Part shown: piece after piece, positions 24,089-37,045 of the stretch
How positions within the stretch are numbered: the first letter of the stretch is position 1
Layout of the letters: the number at the start of each line of letters is the position of its first letter
NCBI RefSeq assembly: GCF_964188315.1
Contig: NC_135656.1
Span: forward strand, 51,088,001-51,152,000
Length of the DNA stretch: 64,000 bases
Source of the DNA: Podarcis muralis
Lineage: Eukaryota
Direction: 5' to 3'
The notes under the pieces: model-generated
Databases searched by the model: none
Told to the model about the DNA's origin: nothing
Seen by the model: the letters and a program-made list of their open reading frames with translations, nothing else
Program-made: the position numbers and the translations under genes

Positions 24089-24366
24089 TGGTCTAGTGGT
24101 TAAGAGCGATGGACTCGTAATCTGGTTCGCGTCTCCGCTCCTCCACATGCAGCTGCTGGGTGACCTTGGGCTAGTCACACTTCTCTGAAGTCTCTCAGCC
24201 CCACTCACCTCACAGAGTGTTTGTTGTGCGGGAGGAAGGGAAAGGAGAATGTTAGCCGCTTTGAGAATCCTTCAGGTAGTGTTAAAGCGGGGTATCAAAT
24301 ACAAACCTCCTCCTCCTCCTCCTCCTCCTCCTCCTCCTCTTCTTCTTCTTCTTCTTCTTCTTCTTC
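24086..24366 (+). mobile_element. Squam3-like SINE with a small deletion before the B-box
   Basis: Near-identical to 2679-2930 but lacks about 9 nt (GGAACCGGG); (CCT)n(CTT)n tail. Confidence 0.92.
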
Positions 24367-27073
24367 TGGTTTCTCTGCCTTGTGATTCTTGATGTCACTT
24401 ACCATACTCACTGAGTGACTTTGATCTAGTCACTATCTCTCAGCCTAACTTACCTCACATGGTTGTTCTTGTTGAAACAAAATGGGGTGGGGCAATGAAT
24501 GCTGCTTTGCGGTCACTGAAGACTTGCTAAGTACCTGAGATTGTAATCAGTGGCCTGAATGGAATGAACTTGCTGAATTGTACTCTAATTCAAATGGAAA
24601 TCAAAATCATTTTTTTTTATGATACTTGTACTTTCATGAATCCTGTTTGATCTGTATTTGCTCTTTTGGTTTCTGGCCTCTTTCTCCTTTTCACCCCCCC
24701 CCCCCCAATTTCATACTGCCTTATACTAGTGAGCCATAATTTTTTGTTTTAGTATAAATCTGGATCAACGTGTTGCAAACTTGCTATTCTCTCCTAGATT
24801 GTTTCAGATGGAGGAATGGTTCTCATAGAACAGACCTTTTTCCTATTAGCTCATGTTATGCTGTGCCAGGCGATACGATGTACGTGTCACCACCCTGGAA
24901 GCAAAGTGCTTTTGCCATCAAAATGGGGTTGGGCATTCAATGTGCCAAAGTTATTTTGGCCACTGATCCATTTGGCAGATATGGTGGAAACTTTATACAT
25001 GGCATGAGAATAAATTGTAATGTGCACCAAGAGGCTGCCTCCCATTATGCTGAAGATTTCCTTTGGTCGTGCACCCACAAGTTGAATTAGTTCACTGCTT
25101 TGTTGTGGGTGGGGTTTTTATTTTTTTTATTTTTATTTTTGGAAAAGGAAAACCATAATGGACGTAGGTCTAGAGTATAAAATTTAACTTAATTCCCTCT
25201 TCTTCACCTGCAGCTAAAAATTGATTAGAGAGCTCAGTTGCCTCCTATTTAGAGCTGACAGCTGTATGTCCTGTCTACCATAACTGCTACTAAATTTGGG
25301 AGTGCAGGTGGGGAGCATTGATCTGATTCATAGTGGCTTTTCTTTTCCTTACTTGTATGAATTAGGGTGGTGGGATTGTTTTGTACTCTTACCTTCTTGT
25401 CCACACCTTAAGTTACATCCTGACAAGTAATCCATATTTCATGTGAGACTGTACAGACATGCCCTAACAGCTTAATGTTACTTGTATAATATTCACTACA
25501 GCCATTGCTGTTGGTATACCACCTGAGAGGAAGGCCCCTTAATTGATCCTTCTCTCTTTGACTGTAGGCGTGCTTCACTTCCAATGACCATAGTATTGAC
25601 ACTGGGGTGGGATGCAGTGAGATGTCTCTGCCTATCCTTATCTCTCTTACTTCCCACTGCACTGCTCAGTATAAACTCCCATTTGACTCTGGTTGGGAGA
25701 TGCTCTCAAGTCTGCCTCCACCCATTGGGAAGGTTTATGAGCACAACTCACCTTTTTCTCATCTGTTTATACTGCCCCTCAGTATAAATGTTAGGGGTGA
25801 TTTCCAGCAGTGTCTGCCTGCTTGTGGAACAGATTTACCCCACACTGTCCCTTTTTTATCCTCCCACCTGCCCCCACAGTGCCCTCACATACCAAAAACC
25901 TGCTCTGGAGAGTTGGGTGAAGTCTCCAGAGCAGATGTGGGGGTCAAAACACTAAGCTTACCTCCCAACACAGCAGCAGCAGGACTAGGGGAACAGTAAA
26001 ACAGCCACGAATGTCTTTCTGGGAACCGGCATTCTTGCTTGTTTATGGTAACCATAGTTTGGCTATGAGGCCCCTGTGACCTCATTGTTGTCAGCATATA
26101 AACAAAATAATATATCACCCCCCCACGACAAAACAATAAAAAACCCTTCACATTGGATCTCTTGTAGACTCGACACTTGCTATTCTAGCCTAGGAGTTTA
26201 CGGTTATCATTTTGAAACAGTAGCTCAAATGCTTGATAGTCTGTAATACTAATTATTTAAGAAGTCATTACAAAAAAAAATCCCTTTGCAGCAGGGATAT
26301 TATCTTGTGGTACTGCTAGCAGTACCTGTGCCTCATTTATAAATGCTGTTTTGTTACTTATTTATTCAGATTTTAAGAGGATGCATAATGCTTAAAGGCA
26401 GGAGTGAAGTAGATGAACCCCAATATTAGTAATTTGCTTCCCAGTATGGTAGCAATGCAAGTTCTATAAAGCAGGTAATCTTCTAAATAAGAAATCTTAA
26501 AGGGGCAGGGGGAATAGTCATAAATATGCTTATTCCAGTCACTTTGGAGCTGCAGTATCTTAGAAATCTTTCCCCTGAATTCTCCCTAATACATAATAAT
26601 GATGTATTACACTCTAGTTGAAAGCTGGCTCCTTGGTCTTGATCCATTAATAGCTTTCCTGCATTGGCAGCCAGCAGAGAGCTCATTCTCCCAAATGCTC
26701 TGGTGCCAAAGTAGGCCAGCCAGGTTTGGAATTGGCTTAAACAGACAGACACACTAACTATCTGCTGCTTGTATATACTGCTGTGAATGGTATCCCATCT
26801 GATTCTTACTTTTGGAAATTTACTTGAGAAATACCTCCATAAAAAAACCTGTGCCAGGCTGCTAAAGCAGCACTAAGCAATTTGCACATAAGAGAAACAC
26901 ATCGAAAGTACATAGCTTTGGGGAACTTCTTTTTAAATCCAAGATCATAACAGCTCCATTACTACTACTCAGTTTGCTACTACCTAAACTGAAGATTTAA
27001 AAGAAGCAGAGATCCAGCTTTCAACACACTACTGGGCATGGATTATCTGTGTTTGCGTAAAATGTGTGGTGGG

Positions 27074-27215
27074 CAGTGCTTTTCTCCCCCAGGGGGTACT
27101 CAAGGGTACCCAGTACTGGCACCTCTTTTTTGTTGTTGTTGTTAAAGTAAGTGCCACACTTCTGTAACAACTTCATGGTGAGCACTGGCATCTATTTTCC
27201 CATAAAAAAGCACTG
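27074..27215. mobile_element. hAT MITE (142 bp)
   Basis: TIRs CAGTGCTTTT / AAAAGCACTG; TSD GTGGTGGG / GTGGTGGA (7/8); a related end starts at 61541. Confidence 0.8.
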
Positions 27216-27477
27216 GTGGTGGACATGATGGTGTGTGTGTGGGGGGGAATATAGAGTTGTCACCAACCAAGTCTTACTCAGAGTAGTCCCACTGAATGTC
27301 TACAACCCATAGCCTTAGTCACTGGTGCCCTTTTTGCATTCATAACAACATAAGCTTCAAAACCTTTTACACGTGAAAGCAGGTTCCTGTTCAGAAAACG
27401 GGAACACGTCGTTGTATAATTGCACCAGCATTTGTAGGGCAAGCGTTTGGAAGAGGGAGAGCAGTTCAGTGGGCATA

Positions 27478-27766
27478 AAAAGGTAAAGGGGTAAAGGGAC
27501 CCCTGACCATTAGGTCCAGTCATGACCGACTCTGGGGTTGCGGCGCTCATCTCGCTTTACTGGCCGAGGGAGCCGGCATACAGTTTCCGGATCATGTGGC
27601 CAGCATGACTAAGCTGCTTCTGGCGAACCAGAGCAGCACACGGAAATGCCGTTTACCTTCCCGCTGAAGCGGTACCTATTTATCTACTTGCACTTTGTGC
27701 TTTCGAACTGCTAGGTTGGCAGGAGCTGGGACCGAACAACGGGAGCTCACCCCGTCGCGGGGATTC
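27478..27766 (-). mobile_element. Sauria SINE, 5'-truncated at the B-box
   Basis: GGTAAAGGGACCCCTGACCATTAGGTCCAGTC...GGGGATTC. Confidence 0.92.
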
Positions 27767-29754
27767 ATAGGTGTGTATTATTTGTGCAAAAGACAGCTGA
27801 ACCCTAGGGGTTCCCAAACCTTGAGCCCAAACCATTTGGAGAGGTAGGCTCAAAATGAACATGTTTATTGCCTTGGTTGGAGATAAATCAGTAGCAAAAC
27901 ACTTAGCTCATGGGCAGGACTCCAGAGCCCTAACATCTGCAGCAGCATCTTCCAAATGCTTGTGTGGACTGCCTGTTTGGACAATCCCACACAAAAACAA
28001 GTCTCTGCATCTTTTTAATGCTAACACATCAGGGAGAAGTCTAGGTTAGAAGGTTCCTCCCTTGTTTTTGTATGTAGATTCTTAAATATATCTTTTATGT
28101 GGACAGAAGTCAAAAAGTGCAATTTCCAAGTGCCAGGAAGCCCATATTCACGAAAATTCTGAATATGTAGTTTTGGTTCCCAATTGTCCTTTAAAAGAAA
28201 ATGCACCATAATCTCTCTCTCTGTGTGTGACTTCATTGACGAAGTAGTCTTTTGTGAACATATCCAAGAGAAGGCGGTCGGTGTCTGTCTGTTTGTTTGT
28301 TTCCCAATTCTGAGAGTGACGTGGTGGAAGCTCACCATCACCTAAGGTGGGTGTTCAGTGGAAAAAATACTTATTTTGAAACACATGTGCTGTGAACCTG
28401 AAGATAGGGCAACTTTTAAAAAAATAGGCTTTTGGCTTTCAAGAGTGAGATAGTATTTCCTCTCCTCCCTCACTCTCTGGGGGAGTGATGTATGATATAT
28501 TTGCATATAGAAGCCCTTCAGATCTACACTGCTACAGTAAAATTTAATTGTCCCTCCCTGGTTCTTAGTTGAAGAAGCCTGAAGTGTGAGCTAATGTTCT
28601 AAAACCCCACAGCCACTTAATTAAAAGCTACAGCAAAGAAGTCCAGCTAGTCTACTGCTAGTGGAGTCTGGCAGCAAAAACCTCTCTCATGTTCTATAGT
28701 TGCTGTCTCAGACCATGATAAGAGACACCAATATCACATCATCCCTTACCTACTAGAGGTCCATTAACCATGGGCAGGGATTGGCTGGGTCTGGAGGTGT
28801 AGCTTGGTTTATTTGACTTAATTTCCAAAGAGTCTGTCTCTCTTCTCACCACAGTCTGGTTCAAAACCTGTGGCTGAACCATATGCTGTTATGCTACAAT
28901 TTGTGCTTGAGGGTGGCTATCTGGTTGTATTCTAAATGCCACTTGCAAAAGGGACTATGGTTTTAAAAATAAATCTGAGATTCTTTGCTGACTTTATTGA
29001 CTAATCAGATCAATTATCCTTCTCAAAAACTAAGCAGAGTAAACAAAACAGGCTAGAGGTACTGAAACAAAAACAAGATGCAAGGAAGAGAAACTACTTA
29101 TCAAACATAACAGAGCACATAAACAAAACAGTACACACAACTGAAACTACTTTTTGTTATATGTAACTTTGCATTCTCTTAAGCAAATATTTTCAGAATA
29201 ATGTGTCAAAGAAGAAAATGGCCAATAATCTTAAACACAAATTACAGAAGTAGCAATGACAAGCTAAAAAGATTTGCTTTAGTTTTTAAAAGGTGCCAAG
29301 TTATTCATACCCTTTTTTAAAATGTAGCACCAGTTTGATATAATGGTCTTTTATATTTGTCAATTTTGTTCAGTTCCAAAACACTGTGAGTTACATTAAA
29401 CATTAACATTACTGGGAATTAGTTTCTTCTTCTTTTCATGCCTTATCTTTATCAGCTGTCAAATGAAAAGTTTGATTTGTTTTTGGCCATGTGCATATGT
29501 GTGAATTGTGACCTGTTGAAACAAGTACCATTAAATCTAAGTAAGAAAATCGCATAGGAGTAATTCTACAGCACCTATTTTAGTAGCAAGCTCAATTCTT
29601 TTGTGTGCACAGGGATAGAAGAACAATAGAAGTAGCTGTTGCATTTCATTTTCTTAGCTCACCTGTTCTGTGAGAGTAAATAGCAGTTACAGTTGTTTCA
29701 AGGGAATGTGCAATAAAAAAACTTTTTTAATGATCTCAGTGGGTATATTAAGCA

Positions 29755-30180
29755 TGGGAACCTTGGAAGGAAGTGATCATGTCCTCCTTGGTTTAATGAT
29801 TCAGAGGCAAGGGAAATCTGAGTGTAGTTGGACACACACTCTGGACTTTAAAAAGGCTGATTTCAAAAAGTTTAAGGAGGTGCTGGGTGAGATCACATGG
29901 TCAGAAATATTCAAAGAGAAGGGAATCCAAGGTAGATGGGAGTTTTTTTTAAAGGTGACATATTGAAGGCAAAATGCAGACTATTCCAATAAGAAATAAT
30001 ATGGGAGGACTCTAAAGAATCAGTGTGGCTTCATTAAAAAAACAACCCTCTTTTTTGGAGGTTTTTAAGCAGAGGTTGGATGGCCATCTGTCATGTACAA
30101 TCTAGTTGAGATTACTACATTGCAGGGGGTTGGACTAGATGACCCGCAGCGTCCCTTCCAACTCTACAATTCTATGATTC
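29755..30180 (+). mobile_element. CR1 fragment: end of the endonuclease region joined directly to the 3' terminus
   Basis: MGTLEGSDHVLL...LDFKKADFKKFKEVLGEITWSEIFKEKG..WEFF (CR1 ORF2), followed after ~30040 by GGAGGTTTTTAAGCAGAGGTTGGATGGCCATCTG...CTACAATTCTATGATTC. Confidence 0.85.
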
Positions 30181-31037
30181 AGTGTCTAAATAAAAGGAGT
30201 ATAAATATCTCTCTGTAGCTCCCATGACATGTCTGATGACTGGATCTATATGGAGTGAAAAATGTGAGGCTTTCAGGGAAATTATTAATTGCCTCATGCA
30301 CTCTGCCGTGCTCATTTTTTGCTGATCCTAGCAACCCATTTATTCTGTGCACTGATGCCAGAATTGAAGTTTTGTGTGGTGTGGGTACAGCGCTGTGCCA
30401 AGACCTGAAAGAAGGAAAAAGACACACAGCTTTTGTTAGCCAAGGACTTACTGTTAGTGAAATCCGTTATACCATACCCAAACGGGAATCTTTAACCAAT
30501 TAATGGGCCTTTTTTTGTAAAAGTTTAAAGTTGTCTGTTTGGTGCGCCTAAGGGAATTACTCTGAATGCTTGAAGATCGCTAGAAATGTGCAACCTGTTC
30601 ACAGTGGAAGATAATATTATTATATTTACACAAATATTACAAAATATTTGAGATGAGCAATATTCTCCCTGTATTTTTTCGTAGCATGGCAGACCATTGG
30701 AGGTGTAAAAGCAAACTAAGACTTCCCTGTGAAGGGGTGTGTTTGTGCACATGCATGCATGTGTACACTCTGATGTTTGCAAGTGAAAAGAACCTGTGGT
30801 TGACTGAATGCTAGGGCAACAAAACAAAGCTCCTGTCTTTTCTCTGTGAAGTGTGAGTAGCTGCTATGGCCTGAGAGCCAGGGGATGTTGTGAGACCTTA
30901 CACAGAAAGGTGGTTTTTTTCTGAATACAGTTCCTTTACAAAGCGGATAATCTAAAAGAAATAGACTGTAACAGAGAACACCTTTTGCTAACAAGCTCCT
31001 ATAAAGTTGTAGATTGATCTCCACTAAGCTCATGAAG

Positions 31038-31165
31038 NNNNNNNNNNNNNNNNNNNNNNNNNNNNNNNNNNNNNNNNNNNNNNNNNNNNNNNNNNNNNNN
31101 NNNNNNNNNNNNNNNNNNNNNNNNNNNNNNNNNNNNNNNNNNNNNNNNNNNNNNNNNNNNNNNNN
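31038..31165. other. Assembly gap (128 N)
   Basis: Run of N. Confidence 0.99.
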
Positions 31166-33569
31166 AACACAAAACCTGAAATTGTACTTCAAGTTTGATG
31201 TGATGAAGAAACACACACATGCGTAGTTGTATCACCGTTTTCCAAGTAGCATGCAATACTGTAATATACAGTGCTTGCTAAGCCTGTGCTAAATCTAAAA
31301 CAGCACTTTTAACATTTGGTCTTCACCTTGATTCCTGGGAAACCCAGTCCATTTAAAACTGGAAACTAGATCCCATTTTGTCTTATCTGGGGAGTTATCC
31401 AGTAGCCTTCCTTTTGTATCCTTCTCATGGGCTTAGCACTGATGAGCCTTAGGTCGCAGAATCTGGTTAGTGCACATGCTTAATCATATCTCTTCCTTGA
31501 GTACTTCGACCCGCCAGCAATGCGGGCTTGCCTGCTTTTCTTTGGTTTATTCAAGTTTGTGCGAATGATGGCCTCCTCTGAGATACAGCCTTGCATTGAC
31601 TGAGAATCTTTTAAGAAATATGGGGACACCGTATTGTACATGATGCTTCTGATTCATGCGTTCCAGTGACTTGGTAGTATGGGGGCAGCTAAATAAACAT
31701 GTTGGAGAAAGGAAAACATGATGAGTTTCCATCAAATTGGTTCCAGCAAGCTGCCCTTCCCATTTCTAGAACTGCATCAAGTCTTTTACAGTATTGCTTA
31801 AGTGTACAAATTTAATTCTCAGGCACAAGAATGCTGTGGTTCTTAGGAAGATGCACGAGAGCATATTAATAATCTGCATATTGGAATTGCTTGAAATATA
31901 TACAAGTTAAATGCTGCTAATTTACTAGGCTTGAATTAGAAGATTTATATGCGCACAGCGTTTTTAAAGCTCTGTAACTTGGAAATCCTTTTCACCACTA
32001 GCAGTTAATGGCAGTGGCTGTAATACTGTGATATATGGGATGCTTATTTGACAACTAATAGTGTTTGTATTCTACCGTTAGTAACAGAGCATGATACTTT
32101 TTGTGCTACCTGGTGATGCCAAAGGTAATAACTGTCTTTTACTGAGGCCATAGATCAAGGGGAAAGAAATTAGAGAAAACATAGAGCTTTGTTCCTCTCC
32201 ACAGGCTCAGTTTGAATTCCTGTGGCTTATTACACACTTTGAAATGTTTTCATAGGTATCTGCTCTGGATCATTTTCAAATACGTTGCTGATCCTGTAGT
32301 TGCCATTCCATTTTATTTAAACTACTGTAGAATGAAGATAATTAAAGAGGAATGGGGAGAGATAGTTGCCAAAGGGAGAAAGGGTCCTCTTTTGTCCCAG
32401 AGTAAACACTTGGTTGCCAGGTGCCTTCTGCTTCTTCAGGAGTTAGTTGAAATGAAACAGCGGCAGCACTGGTTTAAAGGGCCCAGGTTCAGCATCTAAT
32501 CCCACTTCATGACCCCAATTCCTGGGTAAAATGTGGAGTTTGCTTAGGACACCAGGCTCCATGAAATGAGAGGGTAGACTGATGAATGTAAAGGGTGCTA
32601 CTGGCTACAATATACACACTGACTCTCCCCTGTTTGTTCCTAAACTTCAGCACGTTTATCTTCTTCTCCTTGCTGTTGTATTCAAAAGTTGTTAAGTTTC
32701 CTGACGATAAAATGAAGCTTGTAAGATGGGGGCTAGGATGTCAGGGGCAAAGCTATGGTACTTTTGGCCTTAGCCGAACATCCATGATCAGTTTTTATGT
32801 TGGGTTAATATGGCATGTCACAATGTGATCCCTTTTTGTTTTTCATGTGATAGAATAACTTTTCGTGGTATAAGTGTAATTTTGTTGGACGTCTTGAGCA
32901 TGTAAATGGTAGAACGGGATATAAATTAAAAAAATACATGATTAGGTGTGCTAGCTGATTCCATGGCCAGTATCAGTTAGGAAGAACAGACAGCTTACTG
33001 ATATTCTCCTGTTTTTCAGCCATCCCTTTTATTTTATCTTTCCTACAATTTTTGGATTCATACCGTGATTTGTTTCCCATGACCCTTGCATGTTCAAAAG
33101 ATTTGCTGCTGCATGGAGTAATCTTCGATCCAGCCTGCTTGGCTAGTTAAGGATTTTGGCAGAGAGCCTCCATGAGGAACCAAAGATGTGTGACAGAGCT
33201 GAGTCTTTGTGGTTTAAGCTGAGAATGGCTGAACTGTTGGCCTGCTTAGCTAGACACTTTTTCCTTTTCTTTTTCCTTAACCCACCTTTTCAGCAAAACA
33301 AAGTTCAGATTGTGACAGTTCTGACCACCCACCCAGGTGGGTGCTAGACTGATGAAAAAGGTGTTACTTCTGTAAAAGTACAGAAGTACTTATTATCTTT
33401 TGTTGGGGGGAGGAAAGTGGGAAGTAACAATTTGCTCTAGAGATTATGTTCTCTGTCTCTTCCTGGATGACTAATTTAACTGTCAAAGCTCAAATACCCA
33501 TTGAGCAAAATATTGAAAATAAGCAGTACCCAAGATTCTTCCTGATGGTTTTGATCAGTCCAAGAATGG

Positions 33570-34625
33570 GGGAATTTACTGTTGGAAAATAAGGATGGAT
33601 TAAAACAGACCATTTGATCAAATTAAAGATAAACTGGGGGGATGGCTACAATATCATCAGATTAATGAATTGTACAAACTGGAGAAGAAAAATGGTTTTG
33701 CAACTGAAAAATCCAAATTGGAAATGGAATTGATAGATACAAATGTTAAAAATCTCTCTAAAATGTATAATTTATTGTTGGAATGGCATACAAATGATGA
33801 ACAAGTTAAATCTGTTATGATTGATTGGGCAAGAGATGTGAGTCACAATATAATGATGGAAGATTGGGAGAGGTTATGGAAGAAAGGGGTTAAGTTCACG
33901 GCATGTACTGTATTAAAAGAAAATATTATGAAAATGATGTATAGATGGTACCTAACCCCAGTGAAACTAGCAAAAATCTACCACACTAATGATAACTTAG
34001 GTTGGAAATGTAAAGAGAAAGAAGGCACTTTTTTTCATATGTGGTGGACGTGTCCCAAGGTGAAAGACTTCCGGGAAAAGATTTATAATGAATTAAAAAA
34101 ATGTTGAAAAATACATTTATTAAGAAACCAGAAGCCTTTCTACTTGGAATAACAGGACCGGAATTGCCCAAGAAGGATGTTAGACTGTTTTCGTATGCCA
34201 GTACTACAGCAAGACTTTTATTAGCCAAAAAATGGAAATTGCAAGAAATACCGACAATAGAAGAATGGCAGATGAAGATGATGGACTTTTCGGAGCTTTC
34301 TGACCTGACTGGAAGAATTTGCAACCAGAAAGAGGGGGAAACACAAGAAGACTGGAAGAAAGACTATTTAGTGAGATACTGTAATATAAGATAATTAGGA
34401 AATCCCTAGAAGTAACAGATTAGGCTAAGGGATAGAAAGAGATTAATAATAAAGATTATCATGGTTGAAAATTGGAAGTAACGTTAAGAAGTTTGTAATG
34501 AAAGAAGATACTGATGTTATAAATATGAAATTGGGAACTGCTAAATATGTAGTGGGATGAAATTCAGATTGGAGGGTGTCGAAGTTTTTTAGCAATGTAA
34601 ATACACCAGGGAATAAGAAGAAAAA
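33570..34625 (+). mobile_element. L1-clade LINE, 5'-truncated: ORF2 C-terminus (CCHC) plus 3'UTR, frameshifted
   Basis: ORFs 33670-34107 and 34101-34394: YRWYLTPVKLAKIYH..CWKCKEKEGTFFHMWWTC..KPEAFLLG..AARLLLAKKWK. Confidence 0.93.
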
Positions 34626-35044
34626 ATTCTTCTTTTATTTTGTGTGTTTTTATTGTTAAGTTTTTATGTTGTGTCAAATGTAATTTTTTTCTTTTGTGTT
34701 TTTTTTGGGGGGGGGGGGCAACAAGAATGGGGCAAGTTCACTTTTTGGAACAAATGAATTCCTGTAATAAGGATGCTGCTTTAAAGTTGGTTTTACCACA
34801 TACACTCACATGTTTCTGTTGTTGTCACAGAAGTAGGGAAGGGTGTTTAATGTGTGGATAGAGTAACCAAGGGGGACTTTCTGGAAAAAAGAATTGTGAT
34901 GTAAAATAAGTGGCATCCTATTCTATATGAGTGTGTTTGAAGTGACACTTCCCATGGGCACAAACACCACTGGTTTGGTCCAACTGACAAAACATCTGAA
35001 AGCTTCCTTATAACCTTGCTCAGTGAAGCACTGTTGCTAGAAAA

Positions 35045-35530
35045 TCTACCAATGCCCTATACGGCCTAGGACCCTCGTACCTACGGGACTGCCTCTCCTG
35101 GTATGTCCCACGGAGGACCTTACGGTCTTCAAACAAAAACATCTTGGAGGTCCCGGGCCACAGGGAGGTTAGGCTGGCCTCAACCAGAGCCAGGGCTTTT
35201 TTGGCCGTGGCCCCGGTCTGGTGGAACGCTCTGTCACAAGAGACTAGGGCCCTGCGGGACTTGACATCTTTCCGCAGGGCCTGCAAGACAGAGCTGTTCT
35301 ACCAGGCCTTTGGCCAAGGCACAGTCTGACCCCCCCCCCTTTGGTAATCCTCACAGAACTCTAGCCCAATGGTTGCCATTAATTTGATTTTGAATTGATT
35401 TTCAAATGAATTGATTTTAGAATGCTGTATTACTTTTATTGTTGTTAGCTGCTCTGAGCCCGGCTTCGGCTGGGGAGGGCAGGATATAAATAAAATTGTA
35501 TGATGATGATGATGATGATGAATGAATGAA
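35045..35530 (+). mobile_element. L2 LINE 3' end with ORF2 C-terminus
   Basis: ALYGLGPSYLRDCLSWYVPRRTLRSS..LEVPG..RARAF..VAPVWWNAL..FRRACKTELF; tail GGATATAAATAAAA(TGA)n. Confidence 0.9.
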
Positions 35531-35808
35531 AGAAGCAAATAGGATTACCGTATTGGCTTGAATATAAGACACACCTGAATATAAGATTCTCCCTTAAAAT
35601 TCTGCAGGCACTCACACCCGTTCTGTTATGTCATATGTCTGTTTCAGCAGTGATATCATAAAAGCTAATTTTTGTAAGGTCACAAATTTAAGCCGCACTT
35701 CAACTTTTCAACGTCAGATTTTTTTTTGGGGGGGGGAGTGAGGCTTATATTCAGGCCAATACGGTAGTTCTTCTCTTGCTTAGACCTTTGGGAGATAAGA
35801 GCCTATAA

Positions 35809-35943
35809 CAGGGGTGGGAAATGAGCAGACCTCCAGATTTTGCCTGATTTCAGCTTTCCTAATCTCTGACAATTGGTATTGCTAGCTGGGGAGGATGGGA
35901 GTTGGAAGTCAAACATCTGAAGACCAGAGGTCCTCCATCCCTG
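35809..35943. mobile_element. Palindromic hAT MITE, degenerate
   Basis: CAGGGGTGGGAA...CCTCCAGA...GATGGGAGTTG..GTC..ACATCTG...CCATCCCTG. Confidence 0.6.
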
Positions 35944-36821
35944 TTGTAATTGAGCCTCTAAGAATCAGTATAATAATTAGAAAATGAGGAAGGAATGGTA
36001 ATTTGACAGAGGTGGGGTGGTGAGACAATAAAAAGTTGGTTCACTCGTGCACGTTTTATCACTTTGAGGACTGCAATGAGAACTTGGCTCATTTACAGAT
36101 ACATCACAGATCAAATACCACAGTAGTCACACAGTGTTTCATAATGGGGTCTGTTTACAAATTCAGCTGTGAGTCATATGTTATTGAACAATCACATAAT
36201 ATAACATAACATGCATGTGTGAAGCGGCCCCCAAAAAATTTACTGGGAGCAACTAGTGTTGAGGAAGAAACTTCCAAGATAAAAGCAGTCTACGTGCCTA
36301 AGAAGTTGACTAGTTCTGGAAATCTCATTCGTTTGGGTTCTGCTCAACTGAACAGGGACACAGTTGAAGAAGTGCAGAATTTTCTAGTTTAGGTATTCGT
36401 GACTGTAGGGCTCAGCCTTGTGAGAAAAGGTTCATTGATTATAGTAGGATTGTGGAAAGGAAGCATGTGAGACTGGAAGACTATTTATCTTCTTTGTTTC
36501 ATTGTCGTTCTGTCACAAAAACTATATACAGGGATCTGTGACCAATGAAGTCACTGCATTAGCGCAAGGACTTCCGTCGGCTCAATGGGACTTCCTCTTC
36601 TTATGACCCCCCCCCCCCATCTGCTATGGAGGGTTGGGGAGCCCCCAGAATAAATCTGGGACGATGCAGGGAGAAGATGCCCCATTGTACAGGCAGGGAG
36701 TCCTTGCACTACTAGCAAGACAACTTAATTGGATACAATCCTATGGTCTACAAATTATTTACTATACATGTCTAAAAAATCCAGTATTGGAATTTTGGGC
36801 AGACAGATTGGAACGTTTATA

Positions 36822-37045
36822 CAGGAGTCAGCAAACTTTTTCGGCAGGGGGCCAGTCCACTGTTCCTCAGACCTTGTGGGGGGCCGGACTATGTTTTGCC
36901 CCACAATTAACCCGGAGATGCATTTTAAATAAAAGGGCACATTCTACTCATGTAAAAACATGCTGATTCCTGGACCGTCTGCGGGCCGGATTGAGAAGGC
37001 GATTGGGCCGGATCCAGCCCCCGGGCCTTAGTTTGCCTACCCATG
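36822..37045. mobile_element. hAT MITE (family shared with 62011-62273)
   Basis: CAGGAGTCAGCAAACT...AGTTTGCCTACCCATG, flanked by direct GTTTATA on both sides. Confidence 0.88.

Larger units (their letters stand above)
23537..24500 (+). mobile_element. Old tRNA-SINE split by later insertions (head 23537-23600, body ~24405-24500)
   Basis: The head has B-box GTTCAAATCC. The body CTCACTGAGTGACTTTG..AGTCACTATCTCTCAGCCTAACTTACCTCAC resumes after the Penelope and Squam3 inserts. Confidence 0.65.

Noticed and set aside
30716-31256. ORFs spanning the N-run
   Set aside because: Artefacts of the assembly gap.
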